A DNA stretch of 64,000 nt from an uncultured Bacteroidota bacterium (GTDB lineage Bacteria > Bacteroidota > Ignavibacteria > Ignavibacteriales > Ignavibacteriaceae). Below, one piece after another: positions 21,952 to 32,384 of this stretch; position 1 is the first letter of the stretch, and each line of letters opens with the position of its first letter. The position numbers were made by a program, and so were the translations under genes. Under the pieces are notes generated by a model. The model did not search any database. It had not been told where the DNA came from and was given only the letters and a program-made list of their open reading frames with translations. The DNA lies in NCBI GenBank assembly GCA_963832355.1, contig CAWHTX010000013.1, forward strand, positions 154,328-218,327, read 5' to 3'.

Positions 21952-24900
21952 ATGATTTTTCAGTTCTTTCGTTCAATTCGGGTGTTATTTTCCGTTTATC
22001 TCGGTATAATCCTCCTTTTTATTTATCTCGGTTTTCACTTTTACCAGGGTGATAAAGACAGAGAGTTTTCAGAAAGATCCCGTGAACTGGGGTCAATTGC
22101 GAAGTTGAAGTATTCTGCCGTACTGCAGTGGTATACAGAGCGCTATGCCGATGCACGGTACATATTCTCGAATGAGAGCCTTCATCAGATATTAAATACC
22201 CGCAAATCATCACTTGGTGATTCTTCAGAGATTTACAGACTTTTATTTTCAATTTACAAAAATCACGATTATTCAAACCTGTTTTTATTGAATTCCTCTT
22301 CCGGTGACATAATGAAACTGAATCCATCAGGTTCTAATGAAATAATGAAGGATTCTTTAAATGTCGCATTAAGTGATAACAGGATTGTGAATTCAGATTT
22401 TTATTATGACAAAAATCTTCATCAAACATGTCTTGACATGTATGTTCCCATCTTAATCTCAACTGAAAAAAAACTAGTTGTAGTCCTGAAAGTTGATCCC
22501 TATAAAATATTATTTCCAACAGTTTCCAACTGGTACATAGATGCTTCATCGGGGGAATCTCTGGTTGTCACCTTATTTGGTGACAGCGTAAATTATATCA
22601 GCCCTCTCAGGTTCTACCACAATAATGCGCAAATTCTTAAGAAATCAGTAAATGATCCGGATCTTCCTGCAGTCAGGTTTATAAAAGGAGCAAAAGGAAT
22701 ATTAGCAGGAACAGATTACAGGGGTGCGGAAGTTCTTGCCGATGTACACAGGATTGAGAACACTCCCTGGTATCTGGTAACAAAGATAGATCTGGCGGAG
22801 ATTTATGAACCGGTTACTTCCAGTACCCTCAATAACCTGCTCATATTGGGTCTGCTCATTTCACTGGGAGGAATACTGCTTCTATATTATTACACCAGGT
22901 CTAATTACAAAACCCTGAGAAAGATTTCGGAGACCGAAAAGAAATTTAAAAATATCTTCAATAATTCCACTGAAGCAATCGTTATACTTGATAAAGAACG
23001 GATTATAGATTGTAATTCAGGTGCTGAAGAGTTGTATGGTCTTCCAAGAAAAAAAATAATTGGAAGAACTCCCGGAAGCATGTCCCCGGAGTATCAGCCA
23101 GGACATAAAAGGTCTAACGAGCTGGCATCAGAGTTTATAAGTAAAGCACTGTCAGGTAAACCTCAGAAATTCGAATGGATACATTCATCCGACGGCAGTC
23201 TGATTTATACCGACATAACTCTTACAATGATTGAGGTTGATGGAGAAAAACTGGTTGCCGGTTTTTTGCATAATATCACCGAACGTAAGCTTATAGAAGA
23301 TGCTCTATATGAATCTGAGAAAATGTACAGATCAATCTTTGATTCAGCTCCGGTGGGTATTTACCAGTCAACCGTTGAGGGTAAAATTATTAAAGCAAAT
23401 AATGCCCTTGCAAAACTTCTGGGCTACAATTCTCCGGATGAACTGATCAGAATAAATATTTCTGAAATATACTTCGAGAAAAAAGACAGACAGAATTTAA
23501 TAAATGAGTTTGAGCCAACCGGGTCGGTTTCCGACAGGGAAGTACAATGGAAGAAAAAAGACGGAACAATCATCTGGATCCAGCTCAATGCATTTGCTGT
23601 AAAGGATGAGCTTGGAAATACCAAACATTTTGAAGGGTATATCCGGGATATTACAAGCCGCAGACTGGCAGAAGATAAATTAAAGGAGAGCGAAGCTCAA
23701 TACAGGGATCTGGTCGAAAATATTAATGACATTGTGTTTTCACTGGACGAGGAAGGTATAATAAAATTTATCAGTTCGGCGGTTGAAAAATCAACTGGCT
23801 ATAAAATGCACGAACTTGTAGGAAAACCTTTTACAGAATTTATCCATCCGGGCGATCATGAGATGGCTATAAAAAATTTTCATAATCTCTCGGTTAAAAA
23901 GTCTGCACTTAGTGAGTACAGAATAATAACGAAATCCGGAGAATATCGGAACGTAAGTGCTTCCAGTACCGGTATATTTGAAGAAGGAAATTTCACAGGA
24001 ATAAGGGGCATACTTACGGATATTAGTGAAAAGAAAGTGGCCGATGAAAAGCTGAAGATGCAGACACATTTATTAAATGAGACACAGCACCTGGCCAGAC
24101 TGGGAAGCTGGGAACATGATTTTGAAAAGGATCATGTTATCTGGTCGGATGAAATTTACCAGATTTTGGGAGCTTCAAAAGGCACATTAGAAAATACCAG
24201 GGAGGCTTTCAATGAATTCGTCCATAAGGATGATCTTAGTGTACTATCATCAGCTTATGAGGATTCAAGACAAGAGGGAGTAGATGGATTTGAAATTGAA
24301 CATCGTATTGTCAGAAGGGATAACGGCCGGGTAAGATTTGTCTATCAGGAATGCAGGCATTTCCGTAATGCAGAGGGTAAAATTATACGCTCTATCGGAA
24401 TGGTGCAGGATATTACAGAACGTGTCGTAGCAGGAAAACATATCCAGACATTAACAAAAGCTGTCGAACAGAGTCCTGTTTGTGTTATAATAACTGATCT
24501 GCACGGAAATATCCAGTATGTAAACAATAAGTTTACTGAAGTGACCGGTTATTCAATGAATGAAGTAATTGATAAAAATCCCAGGATATTAAAATCGGGC
24601 AGCCAGAGTGAAGAATTTTATCGTGATTTATGGGAAACTGTACTCTCAGGAAATACATGGTCGGGAGAACTGCACAATAAGAAAAAGAATGGAGAACTGT
24701 ACTGGGAGAATGCCATAATCTCACCGATAGTAGATGCGGATGGAAGGATCTTAAACTTTGTTGCCGTAAAGGAGGATATAACTGAAAAGAAAAAAATGAT
24801 TGAGGATCTGGTTGAGGCGAAGGATAAAGCAGAAGAAGCCAACAGGCTTAAGTCGAGCTTCCTCGCCAATATGAGTCACGAGCTGCGCACACCTATGGTG

Positions 24901-25983
24901 GGTATCCTTGGTTATACAGATATCCTGGTTTCAGAACTATCTAATCCTGAACACACGGAACTTGCTAAAATGGTGCTTTCAAGCGGTAAAAGATTAATCG
25001 AGACGCTGAACTCGATTCTTGATCTTTCCAGCATTGAAGCTAAAAAAATGGAACTTAAATATGAATCTGTAGACGTTATAACAATTCTTAAAGAATCTGT
25101 GACCCTTTTTATCCCCGGAGCGGCCTCAAAAGGGTTGTATATAAAAACTGTACTGCCAAATGAAAACCTGGTTGTAAATTCCGACAGGGAGATACTCCGC
25201 AAAATATTCAATAACCTCATAAATAATGCTGTTAAATATACACAGTCGGGGGGACTTACTATAGAGCTTAGCTTCACGAACAACGGTGATGAAAAATATC
25301 TCATTGTAAGCTTTACAGATACAGGTATCGGAATTCCTGCTGAATACCATGAAATAATATTTGAACCGTTCCGCCAGGTCAGTGAAGGTTATACCAGGAA
25401 ATTTGAGGGATCAGGATTAGGTCTGAGCATAACCAACAAATTGGTCAGGATTCTTGATGGGAATATTTTTCTCGAAAGCAAACCTGATAAAGGCTCCAGG
25501 TTTATAGTTAAAATTCCCGTTACATTTTCAGTTGAACCTTCTCATAAAGAGAAAAAGGAAATGTCGCACCTCCGTTCAATTGAACTACCTGAAAATTTAA
25601 GAATACTCCTTGTGGAAGATGATGAACTGAATGCGGACATCATTTTGTCATATCTTAAACCGCTTTGTTCAATAGACCATGTGTCTGATGGAGTGACAGC
25701 CGTTAACTATTGTAAAACACAACAATATGATTCAATACTTATGGATATCAATCTGAAAGGTATGAACGGCATAGAAGCTCTGGAGAAGATCAGGAAACAG
25801 GATGAATATTACTTAACAGTCCCTGTTATAGCTGTTACCGCGCTTGCGATGATCGGCGACCGTGAGAAACTGCTGGCCGTTGGATTTGATAATTACCTTT
25901 CTAAACCATTTGAACGAAAAGAACTTCTAGAGACTATTTCCAACACATTAAAATCACCGGTACTAAAACCTTCCAGCTCATAA
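21952..25983 (+). CDS. Hybrid sensor histidine kinase (TM, Cache-like periplasmic domain, TM, multiple PAS, HisKA, HATPase, receiver)
   Basis: About 1343 aa. The ORF track starts at TTG 21949, but ATG 21952 has a better aagga spacing. H-box SHELRTPM, NLINNAVKYT, GTGIGI / GSGLGLSI, and a receiver domain (LLVEDDELN...DSILMDINLKGMNG...KP). Several PAS blocks carry the NITERK / DITSRR / DISEKK / DITERV / DITEKK linker pattern. Confidence 0.9.
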   Translation: MIFQFFRSIRVLFSVYLGIILLFIYLGFHFYQGDKDREFSERSRELGSIAKLKYSAVLQWYTERYADARYIFSNESLHQILNTRKSSLGDSSEIYRLLFSIYKNHDYSNLFLLNSSSGDIMKLNPSGSNEIMKDSLNVALSDNRIVNSDFYYDKNLHQTCLDMYVPILISTEKKLVVVLKVDPYKILFPTVSNWYIDASSGESLVVTLFGDSVNYISPLRFYHNNAQILKKSVNDPDLPAVRFIKGAKGILAGTDYRGAEVLADVHRIENTPWYLVTKIDLAEIYEPVTSSTLNNLLILGLLISLGGILLLYYYTRSNYKTLRKISETEKKFKNIFNNSTEAIVILDKERIIDCNSGAEELYGLPRKKIIGRTPGSMSPEYQPGHKRSNELASEFISKALSGKPQKFEWIHSSDGSLIYTDITLTMIEVDGEKLVAGFLHNITERKLIEDALYESEKMYRSIFDSAPVGIYQSTVEGKIIKANNALAKLLGYNSPDELIRINISEIYFEKKDRQNLINEFEPTGSVSDREVQWKKKDGTIIWIQLNAFAVKDELGNTKHFEGYIRDITSRRLAEDKLKESEAQYRDLVENINDIVFSLDEEGIIKFISSAVEKSTGYKMHELVGKPFTEFIHPGDHEMAIKNFHNLSVKKSALSEYRIITKSGEYRNVSASSTGIFEEGNFTGIRGILTDISEKKVADEKLKMQTHLLNETQHLARLGSWEHDFEKDHVIWSDEIYQILGASKGTLENTREAFNEFVHKDDLSVLSSAYEDSRQEGVDGFEIEHRIVRRDNGRVRFVYQECRHFRNAEGKIIRSIGMVQDITERVVAGKHIQTLTKAVEQSPVCVIITDLHGNIQYVNNKFTEVTGYSMNEVIDKNPRILKSGSQSEEFYRDLWETVLSGNTWSGELHNKKKNGELYWENAIISPIVDADGRILNFVAVKEDITEKKKMIEDLVEAKDKAEEANRLKSSFLANMSHELRTPMVGILGYTDILVSELSNPEHTELAKMVLSSGKRLIETLNSILDLSSIEAKKMELKYESVDVITILKESVTLFIPGAASKGLYIKTVLPNENLVVNSDREILRKIFNNLINNAVKYTQSGGLTIELSFTNNGDEKYLIVSFTDTGIGIPAEYHEIIFEPFRQVSEGYTRKFEGSGLGLSITNKLVRILDGNIFLESKPDKGSRFIVKIPVTFSVEPSHKEKKEMSHLRSIELPENLRILLVEDDELNADIILSYLKPLCSIDHVSDGVTAVNYCKTQQYDSILMDINLKGMNGIEALEKIRKQDEYYLTVPVIAVTALAMIGDREKLLAVGFDNYLSKPFERKELLETISNTLKSPVLKPSSS

Positions 25984-26071
25984 TATTATTTGTGCTTATT
26001 AATATTATATAATATAAATATTTTATACTTATATTTAATATATTTGACTATCAATCAGCGGGAGGCGAAAC

Positions 26072-28018
26072 ATGAGTCATTTTTACAATAATCTTAAATT
26101 TCCCGGTATCCATAAAATTTTTTATGTAATAGTCTTTGCAGGACTGTTATCCGGCGCTGCGTTTGCACAGATGCCATCAACTTACGATCTGCGGGATGTG
26201 AGCGGAGTTAACTATGTGACATCGGTGAAATCCCAGCAGGGCGGAACCTGCTGGACACACGGTACAATGTCAGCGATGGAGGGTAACCTTCTGATGACAG
26301 GCAACTGGGCAAATAATGGTGAAACAGGAGAACCGAATCTGGCAGAATATCACCTTGATTGGTGGAATGGGTTTAATCAATTTTATAATGGTGATCTTGA
26401 TCCTCCTACAGGTGACGGACTTGTGGTTCACGAGGGAGGTGATTACAGGGTGGCATCGGCTTATCTTTCAAGAGGGGAAGGTGCCGTGAGGGATATTGAT
26501 GGCCAATCTTATAATACTGCTCCACCGAGAACAGATACCAGCTTTCATTATTATTATCCACGTGAAATCTTCTGGCTTAATGCTAATGAAGATCTGAGCA
26601 ATATAAATACGCTCAAACAAATGATTATGGAATACGGTGTAATGGGAACATGTATGTGTTATTCCGGTTCCTTTATGCAGAATTATATTCACTATCAGCC
26701 GCCATCCTCTCCACTTGATCCGAATCATGCCGTATCGATTATAGGTTGGGATGATAATAAGGTAACACAGGCACCACAGCCCGGAGCGTGGCTTGTGAAA
26801 AATAGCTGGGGGAGCAGCTGGGGTCTGAGTGGTTTCTTCTGGATATCCTACTATGATAAACATTGCGGGAAGCATCCTGAAATGGGAGCTGTTACTTTTA
26901 AGGATGTTGTGCCTCTCAATTATGATCATATTTATTCCTATGATTATCACGGGTGGCGGGCTACAAAACAGGATTGTTCCCAGGGTTTTAACGCGTTTAC
27001 CACACAGGGTAATGAATATCTTGAATCGGTAAGCTTCTTTACCGCTGCGGACAGTGTTGATTATTCAATTAAAGTATATGGTTCATTCCAGAACGGTGCG
27101 CTTGGAAATGAATTAGCATCAAAAACAGGCTTTGCCCAATATACAGGTTTTTATACGGTTGATCTTAATGATCCTGTCTTTCTTGAAGAAGGAAGTAATT
27201 TTTATATTTATTTAAGCCTTCCAAATGGTGGTATGCCCTTTGACCGTACTTCAGAAGTTCCCGTCTTGCTGGTCCAGAATCGTTATCTTACCATTGTTAC
27301 ATCTACTTCAAATCCTGGCGAAAGTTTTTATTGGGACGGAGCACAATGGGAGGATATGTATTATTACGAAGACCCGCCCTGGCCTGCAGGTTCGGCTAAT
27401 CTCTGCATAAAAGCTCTCACATTGGATGAATCGAATGTTCCTGTTGAATTAACTTCATTTACCGGGAATAACACAGGTACTTCGGTTGAACTTCAGTGGA
27501 GAACGGCAACGGAAATAAATAATCAAAGATTTGAGGTGCAGAGAAAATCAGTGAATGCTGACGGAAGTACTGTAGACTGGAGAACAATTGGTTCTATTCA
27601 AGGGAACGGGACAACAACACATCCTCACAATTATAGATATACGGATTACCTGCGAGGAATAAATGTACAGTCGATTCAGTACCGAATTAAACAAGTCGAT
27701 TTCAGCGGATCCGAATCTTTTAGTAATGTTTTAACAATAAATAATATTCATTCGAACGGCTTCAACCTTGAACAAAATTATCCCAACCCGTTCAATAATT
27801 CTACATTGATCAGGTATAAAATAGTTGAACAGAGTCTGATCAGTTTGAGAATTTATAATGTACTTGGAGAACAGGTATCTGTTATTGTCAACGAAACGAA
27901 ACAACCCGGAACTTATCAGGTATCTTTTGATTCACATGATCTTCCAAGCGGCATTTATATGTACGAACTTAAAACGAATAACACTTCTCAGATTAAGAAA
28001 ATGATTTTGCTGAAGTAA
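26072..28018 (+). CDS. Secreted papain-family (C1) cysteine peptidase with a T9SS C-terminal sorting domain
   Basis: 648 aa with a signal peptide. Catalytic Cys context [10 protein letters not shown], His context [11 protein letters not shown], and NSWGSSWG. The C-terminus is [10 protein letters not shown]...GIYMYELK...KKMILLK. Confidence 0.85.
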   Translation: MSHFYNNLKFPGIHKIFYVIVFAGLLSGAAFAQMPSTYDLRDVSGVNYVTSVKSQQGGTCWTHGTMSAMEGNLLMTGNWANNGETGEPNLAEYHLDWWNGFNQFYNGDLDPPTGDGLVVHEGGDYRVASAYLSRGEGAVRDIDGQSYNTAPPRTDTSFHYYYPREIFWLNANEDLSNINTLKQMIMEYGVMGTCMCYSGSFMQNYIHYQPPSSPLDPNHAVSIIGWDDNKVTQAPQPGAWLVKNSWGSSWGLSGFFWISYYDKHCGKHPEMGAVTFKDVVPLNYDHIYSYDYHGWRATKQDCSQGFNAFTTQGNEYLESVSFFTAADSVDYSIKVYGSFQNGALGNELASKTGFAQYTGFYTVDLNDPVFLEEGSNFYIYLSLPNGGMPFDRTSEVPVLLVQNRYLTIVTSTSNPGESFYWDGAQWEDMYYYEDPPWPAGSANLCIKALTLDESNVPVELTSFTGNNTGTSVELQWRTATEINNQRFEVQRKSVNADGSTVDWRTIGSIQGNGTTTHPHNYRYTDYLRGINVQSIQYRIKQVDFSGSESFSNVLTINNIHSNGFNLEQNYPNPFNNSTLIRYKIVEQSLISLRIYNVLGEQVSVIVNETKQPGTYQVSFDSHDLPSGIYMYELKTNNTSQIKKMILLK

Positions 28019-28036
28019 TATTCTGATTAATATTTT

Positions 28037-28067
28037 GGATCCTGGCGGGGCTTTGCCGCCGGGGTCC
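28037..28067 (+). terminator. Possible terminator hairpin after the C1 peptidase gene
   Basis: 12-bp GC-rich stem ggatcctggcgg / ccgccggggtcc (2 G-U pairs) with a 7-nt loop. The downstream T-run (ttattt) is weak. Confidence 0.4.
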
Positions 28068-28180
28068 GGATTATTTGAGTGAACAATATTACTTCCACCG
28101 GAGATCACAGAAACACGATTTTTTTGTTGCCTCTCTATTATTTTTTTCTTTAATTCTTATTGAACAAATAACTATTAACT

Positions 28181-29035
28181 ATGACTGCTCTCAGGATAGG
28201 AACTTGTTCCTGGAAGTATGATTCATGGAGAGGGATAGTTTATTCTTCAAAACAGAAGATCAACTATCTTGAAGAATACAGTACCAGGTACAATACTGTA
28301 GAGATCGATCAGTGGTTCTGGAGCCTTTTCGATGATATTATAAGGCTTCCCGAAGAATCGACGGTGAAGGAATATAACAATTCCGTTCCCGATGATTTTA
28401 AGTTTACTATAAAAATACCCAATTCTATAACATTAACTCACTATTATCCTTCTGAAAATATTATAGGGCTGAGAGAAAATCCCAATTTTCTTAATCCCGA
28501 CCTGTTTCACCGGTTTCTTAACTCACTTCAGTCAATGTCATCAAAAATCGGTGCTCTTATGTTCCAGTTTGAATACCTTAACAAACAGAAGATGAATTCG
28601 CAGGCTGAATTTCTCGACAGGCTGGAGGCATTCTACGAAAGTATTGAAAAAACCTATCCGTGTACATTTGAAATAAGAAATCCAAATTATCTGAACAAAA
28701 ATTATTTTGATTTTATAAACCGGGGAAAATCGGCACATGTGCTGCTCCAGGGATATTATATGCCCCCGATAAAGGATGTCTTTAATAAGTACCGGGAGCT
28801 GATAGGAAGTCCAGTAATAATAAGACTGCATGGCCCCGACAGGAAAAAGATTGAGGGACTAACAGGTAAAGACTGGTCGAAAATAGTATTACCGAAAGAT
28901 GAGAAGCTTGCCATTCTTCCTTCTATTATACAGTACTTTTCTGAACAGGAAGTTGACGTCTACGTGAATGTAAATAATCATTTCGAAGGAAGCGCCCCGC
29001 TTACAATTGAAAAAATTAAGAGGCTTCTGGGTTAG
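28181..29035 (+). CDS. DUF72 family protein
   Basis: 284 aa. N-terminal IGTCSWKYDSW and the overall length and pattern are typical of DUF72 (UPF0759). Confidence 0.8.
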   Translation: MTALRIGTCSWKYDSWRGIVYSSKQKINYLEEYSTRYNTVEIDQWFWSLFDDIIRLPEESTVKEYNNSVPDDFKFTIKIPNSITLTHYYPSENIIGLRENPNFLNPDLFHRFLNSLQSMSSKIGALMFQFEYLNKQKMNSQAEFLDRLEAFYESIEKTYPCTFEIRNPNYLNKNYFDFINRGKSAHVLLQGYYMPPIKDVFNKYRELIGSPVIIRLHGPDRKKIEGLTGKDWSKIVLPKDEKLAILPSIIQYFSEQEVDVYVNVNNHFEGSAPLTIEKIKRLLG

Positions 29036-29071
29036 GCAGGCTGGTCAGAATGGTTATGCGTGAAATTACAT

Positions 29072-29107
29072 AAAAAAAGCCGGCTGTTAAACCGGCTCAA
29101 TTTTTTT
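29072..29107. terminator. Bidirectional terminator between the convergent DUF72 gene and secF
   Basis: aaaaaaa-agccgg-ctgttaaa-ccggct-caattttttt. A-run and T-run flank the stem, so it reads as a terminator on both strands. Confidence 0.65.
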
Positions 29108-29130
29108 ACTCATTTATCAGAACTGATTTA

Positions 29131-30270
29131 TCAGAACTGAACTTTTCTCTTGCTTCGGTTGGCGTATTCAAGTACCAGGGCGCTGGCAACGAAAATGGAA
29201 GAATAAGTTCCTATCAAAATACCGAAGAAGAGTGTGAAGGCGAAGGATCTCAATACCTCGCCGCCGAATAACAGGAGAACAAGTATGGTTAAGAGAGTGG
29301 TACCTCCGGTAAGTATTGTTCTGCTCATGGTCCTGTTAACGCTCATATTTATTACATCTTTGAGCGGCATAGTCTTATGAATCTTTAGATTTTCCCTCAC
29401 CCTGTCGAAAACGATAACCGTATCGTTTATTGAATAACCTACCAGTGTCAGGAAGGCAGCCACCACCGTAAGATCAATCTCAAGGTTCAAACCGGGAATT
29501 ACGTTGTATAAAACAGAGTACAAACCAAGTGTTATAAGTACGTCATGGAAAAGTGCCAGTACAGCACCGAATGCGAAAATAAATTTAAACCTGAAGGCAA
29601 GGTAGATCAGGATAGCGATGAGGGATAATGCAACGGCAATAACAGCATCTTCTTTAAGCTCTTTTCCTACCTTGGGACCAACATGATCCTCCTTTATCAC
29701 TTTAAAGCTGTTATTTTCTACTTTTTCTTTCAGAGTTTCTTTAATCCAGTCCGCTATTCCTACACTGACGATCATTCTTTTATTATCAGGTTCTTCCGAA
29801 ACTTTACTTGTCTGGAAACCTGCACTGAAAAGTTTATCAGTCAGTATATTCGCTGTATCTGCGTTTGCAAATTCATAGGTTACCGAATTTGCCGTCGAAT
29901 CAACAATATTCAGCGGCAGACCGGCATATATACTGTGAATCTCATTATTTATATTATCAACCACCCTTGGGAAAATATCCCGGGGAATGTTCTGCAATTC
30001 AGTTCTTACCAGTACTCCGGTCTCGCTTCCGAATGTTTTGAGTTCTACGGTTCCAAGACCGATTTTATCAACATACTGCCTGATCTGGGAGATCTGAACA
30101 GGATTATCAAACTGGAGAACAATTTCAGTTCCTCCTTTAAAATCTATTCCGAAAACCAGTCCACGGAATATCACATTTAGCAGTCCGATCAGGAAAAGAG
30201 AAGTTGAGATGATATAGAACAGTCTTCTCTTGCTCAAATAATCAAGATTTAGATTTTCAAATATTCGCAT
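29131..30270 (-). CDS. secF: Protein translocase subunit SecF
   Basis: 379 aa. GIDFKGGT, the SINDTVIVFDRVRE motif and 6 TM segments. It lies directly downstream of secD. Confidence 0.93.
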   Translation of the reverse strand: MRIFENLNLDYLSKRRLFYIISTSLFLIGLLNVIFRGLVFGIDFKGGTEIVLQFDNPVQISQIRQYVDKIGLGTVELKTFGSETGVLVRTELQNIPRDIFPRVVDNINNEIHSIYAGLPLNIVDSTANSVTYEFANADTANILTDKLFSAGFQTSKVSEEPDNKRMIVSVGIADWIKETLKEKVENNSFKVIKEDHVGPKVGKELKEDAVIAVALSLIAILIYLAFRFKFIFAFGAVLALFHDVLITLGLYSVLYNVIPGLNLEIDLTVVAAFLTLVGYSINDTVIVFDRVRENLKIHKTMPLKDVINMSVNRTMSRTILTGGTTLLTILVLLLFGGEVLRSFAFTLFFGILIGTYSSIFVASALVLEYANRSKRKVQF

Positions 30271-30304
30271 TTATAAATTAGCTCCTTAAAAGAGTAAAAT
30301 TGAA

Positions 30305-32251
30305 TTAACCAATAGTAATTTTCTGCCCTTTAGCGACCATGAAGTCAAATACCAGCCGGGCAATAACAAGTGCACTGAACATACTTGCCGCAATACCTAT
30401 CATTAGTGTCAGGGCAAATCCCTGGACAGGACCGGTACCAAATTGATAAAGTATTATACCTGTTATAAAAGTTGTGATATTTGAGTCGATAATAGCCGAA
30501 TAAGCTTTGGAGAAACCGCTGTCGACCGAAGCCTTGATAGTTTTACCTGTTGCAAGTTCCTCCCTGATCCTTTCATAAATAAGCACGTTCGCATCCACGG
30601 CCATACCTATTGTAAGGATTATACCGGCAATACCGGGTAGGGTTAAAGTTGCATTAAATCCGGCAAGTATACCCAGGATAAATAAGACTGTGAAAACAAG
30701 AGAAGCTGCTGCAACAGTACCCGCTTTCTGGTAATAGATTATCATGAAGAGACCTACAATAATGTAGCCTATCAGAGCTGAGTTAAATCCCTGGCTTATT
30801 GAATCCTGACCAAGAGACGGTCCGACTGTCCTTTCTTCAATAATGTCAACAGGCGCGGGAAGAGCACCGGCTTTAAGAACGATCTCAAGCAGCTTGGCTT
30901 CATCCATATTTCCTATTCCCTCGATCTGCGATCTGCCGCCCGTTATTTTACTCCTCACATTCGGTGCAGAATACACTAGTCCGTCAAGTATTATGGCAAT
31001 GCGGTGATTAACATTGGCTCCGGTGATCCTTGCCCATTCAGCAGCACCTTCTGAATTCATCTCCATTTCAACAACCGGCTGGGAGGTGTTGGGATCAATA
31101 GTTGCCCGGGCGTCGGTAATTACCCCGCCTGTTAATTCAGGTTTTTTATTTACACAGTAAAGCTGGTAGATTGGCTGGCCGTCCTGGTAGGTAATTGGTT
31201 TAGCAGAAAAAACAAATTCAACGTTATCAGGAATAACCTTCTGAACATCCGGTCTGTTAAGGATCAGTTCAAGTCTGTTCCTTTCATCAGCTTTAACATA
31301 CGCATCTGCTGTTCTGCCCTGTGGATCAATCATCGCAATGGAGAAGAAAGGATGTTCTTTCGCAAATTCTTCTTCTGATAATTGTTTATTCGAGGTATCA
31401 TTAGCGGCAATACCCGTATCAGAAGCTAATGTATCATTTGAAGCTGTAGTTTCACCTTTAGTTGTATCTACAGCAGTAGTATCTTCAAGAGGTTTTCCCG
31501 CAAGTACTTTATCGATCTTCTGCATAATTGAAAAAGTCACATCGGGATCCTTCAATAGTCTGAATTCGAGAAGCGCCGTTCCCTGGAGCAGCTGTTTAGC
31601 CTCTTCCTCACGGGCTACACCCGGGAGCTCTACAATAATTCTCCTGGAACCCTGTCTCTGGATTGATGGTTCAGAAACACCGTATTGGTCAACCCTGTTC
31701 CTTATAATTTCGATTGCACGGGTAACCGCATCATCTGCGTCTTTTTTCAAATCACTCAGAATAGTTGCATCATCCTGGCGTATATTTCCGAAATACCTGC
31801 TTAATCTTATCCCTCTCTGCTCAAACCTCCTGCCCATTATATCTACTACTGATTCATCTGTGGTAGCAGCTTCCTTCTCGGCTTCTTTCATCACCGACTT
31901 AAACGTATCATCAGGATTCTTAGCCAGTTTCTCAAGCAGTTTTGCGGTATTCACCTCCAGAACCACACGCATACCTCCCTGGAGATCGAGACCCAGCTTA
32001 ATTCTCTTCTGACGTGCTTCAACAAAAGACGGATTAGCAGTCTTAATACTGTCTTCCATCGCTGCAAGTCTCAGATCAATCTGGCTTGTCGTCATCCCTG
32101 GATTGTCTTTTTTCAATTCCTGCTTCCTCTTTTCGAGGGCCTTATTCATTACTTTTGTATTCTGATAATCAACGTAAGTGGGATAAAGAAGGTAGAGACA
32201 GAGTGCAATTACGCCCAGAATTATGATTATTTTGAACCTGAATTCTTTCAT
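30305..32251 (-). CDS. secD: Protein translocase subunit SecD
   Basis: 648 aa. LGLDLQGG, the periplasmic P1 domain and the C-terminal TM bundle with AVDANVLIYERIREE. Confidence 0.93.
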   Translation of the reverse strand: MKEFRFKIIIILGVIALCLYLLYPTYVDYQNTKVMNKALEKRKQELKKDNPGMTTSQIDLRLAAMEDSIKTANPSFVEARQKRIKLGLDLQGGMRVVLEVNTAKLLEKLAKNPDDTFKSVMKEAEKEAATTDESVVDIMGRRFEQRGIRLSRYFGNIRQDDATILSDLKKDADDAVTRAIEIIRNRVDQYGVSEPSIQRQGSRRIIVELPGVAREEEAKQLLQGTALLEFRLLKDPDVTFSIMQKIDKVLAGKPLEDTTAVDTTKGETTASNDTLASDTGIAANDTSNKQLSEEEFAKEHPFFSIAMIDPQGRTADAYVKADERNRLELILNRPDVQKVIPDNVEFVFSAKPITYQDGQPIYQLYCVNKKPELTGGVITDARATIDPNTSQPVVEMEMNSEGAAEWARITGANVNHRIAIILDGLVYSAPNVRSKITGGRSQIEGIGNMDEAKLLEIVLKAGALPAPVDIIEERTVGPSLGQDSISQGFNSALIGYIIVGLFMIIYYQKAGTVAAASLVFTVLFILGILAGFNATLTLPGIAGIILTIGMAVDANVLIYERIREELATGKTIKASVDSGFSKAYSAIIDSNITTFITGIILYQFGTGPVQGFALTLMIGIAASMFSALVIARLVFDFMVAKGQKITIG

Positions 32252-32384
32252 ATATAACTATGTTTCTGAATGAGTTGTAAAAAATAATTAAGAGTCAAAA
32301 TTACCTTATAAGGGTAAGAAAGTCAATAAATATTGAGGGTGGTACATAATAATATCTCCCTGTATCCGGGCAGAAAAAAATACT

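Noticed and set aside
29112-29139. Perfect 14-nt tandem duplication (atttatcagaactg x2) spanning the secF stop codon
   Set aside because: It is a small duplication that leaves the secF reading frame and stop intact (TGA followed by TAA). No functional implication could be argued.
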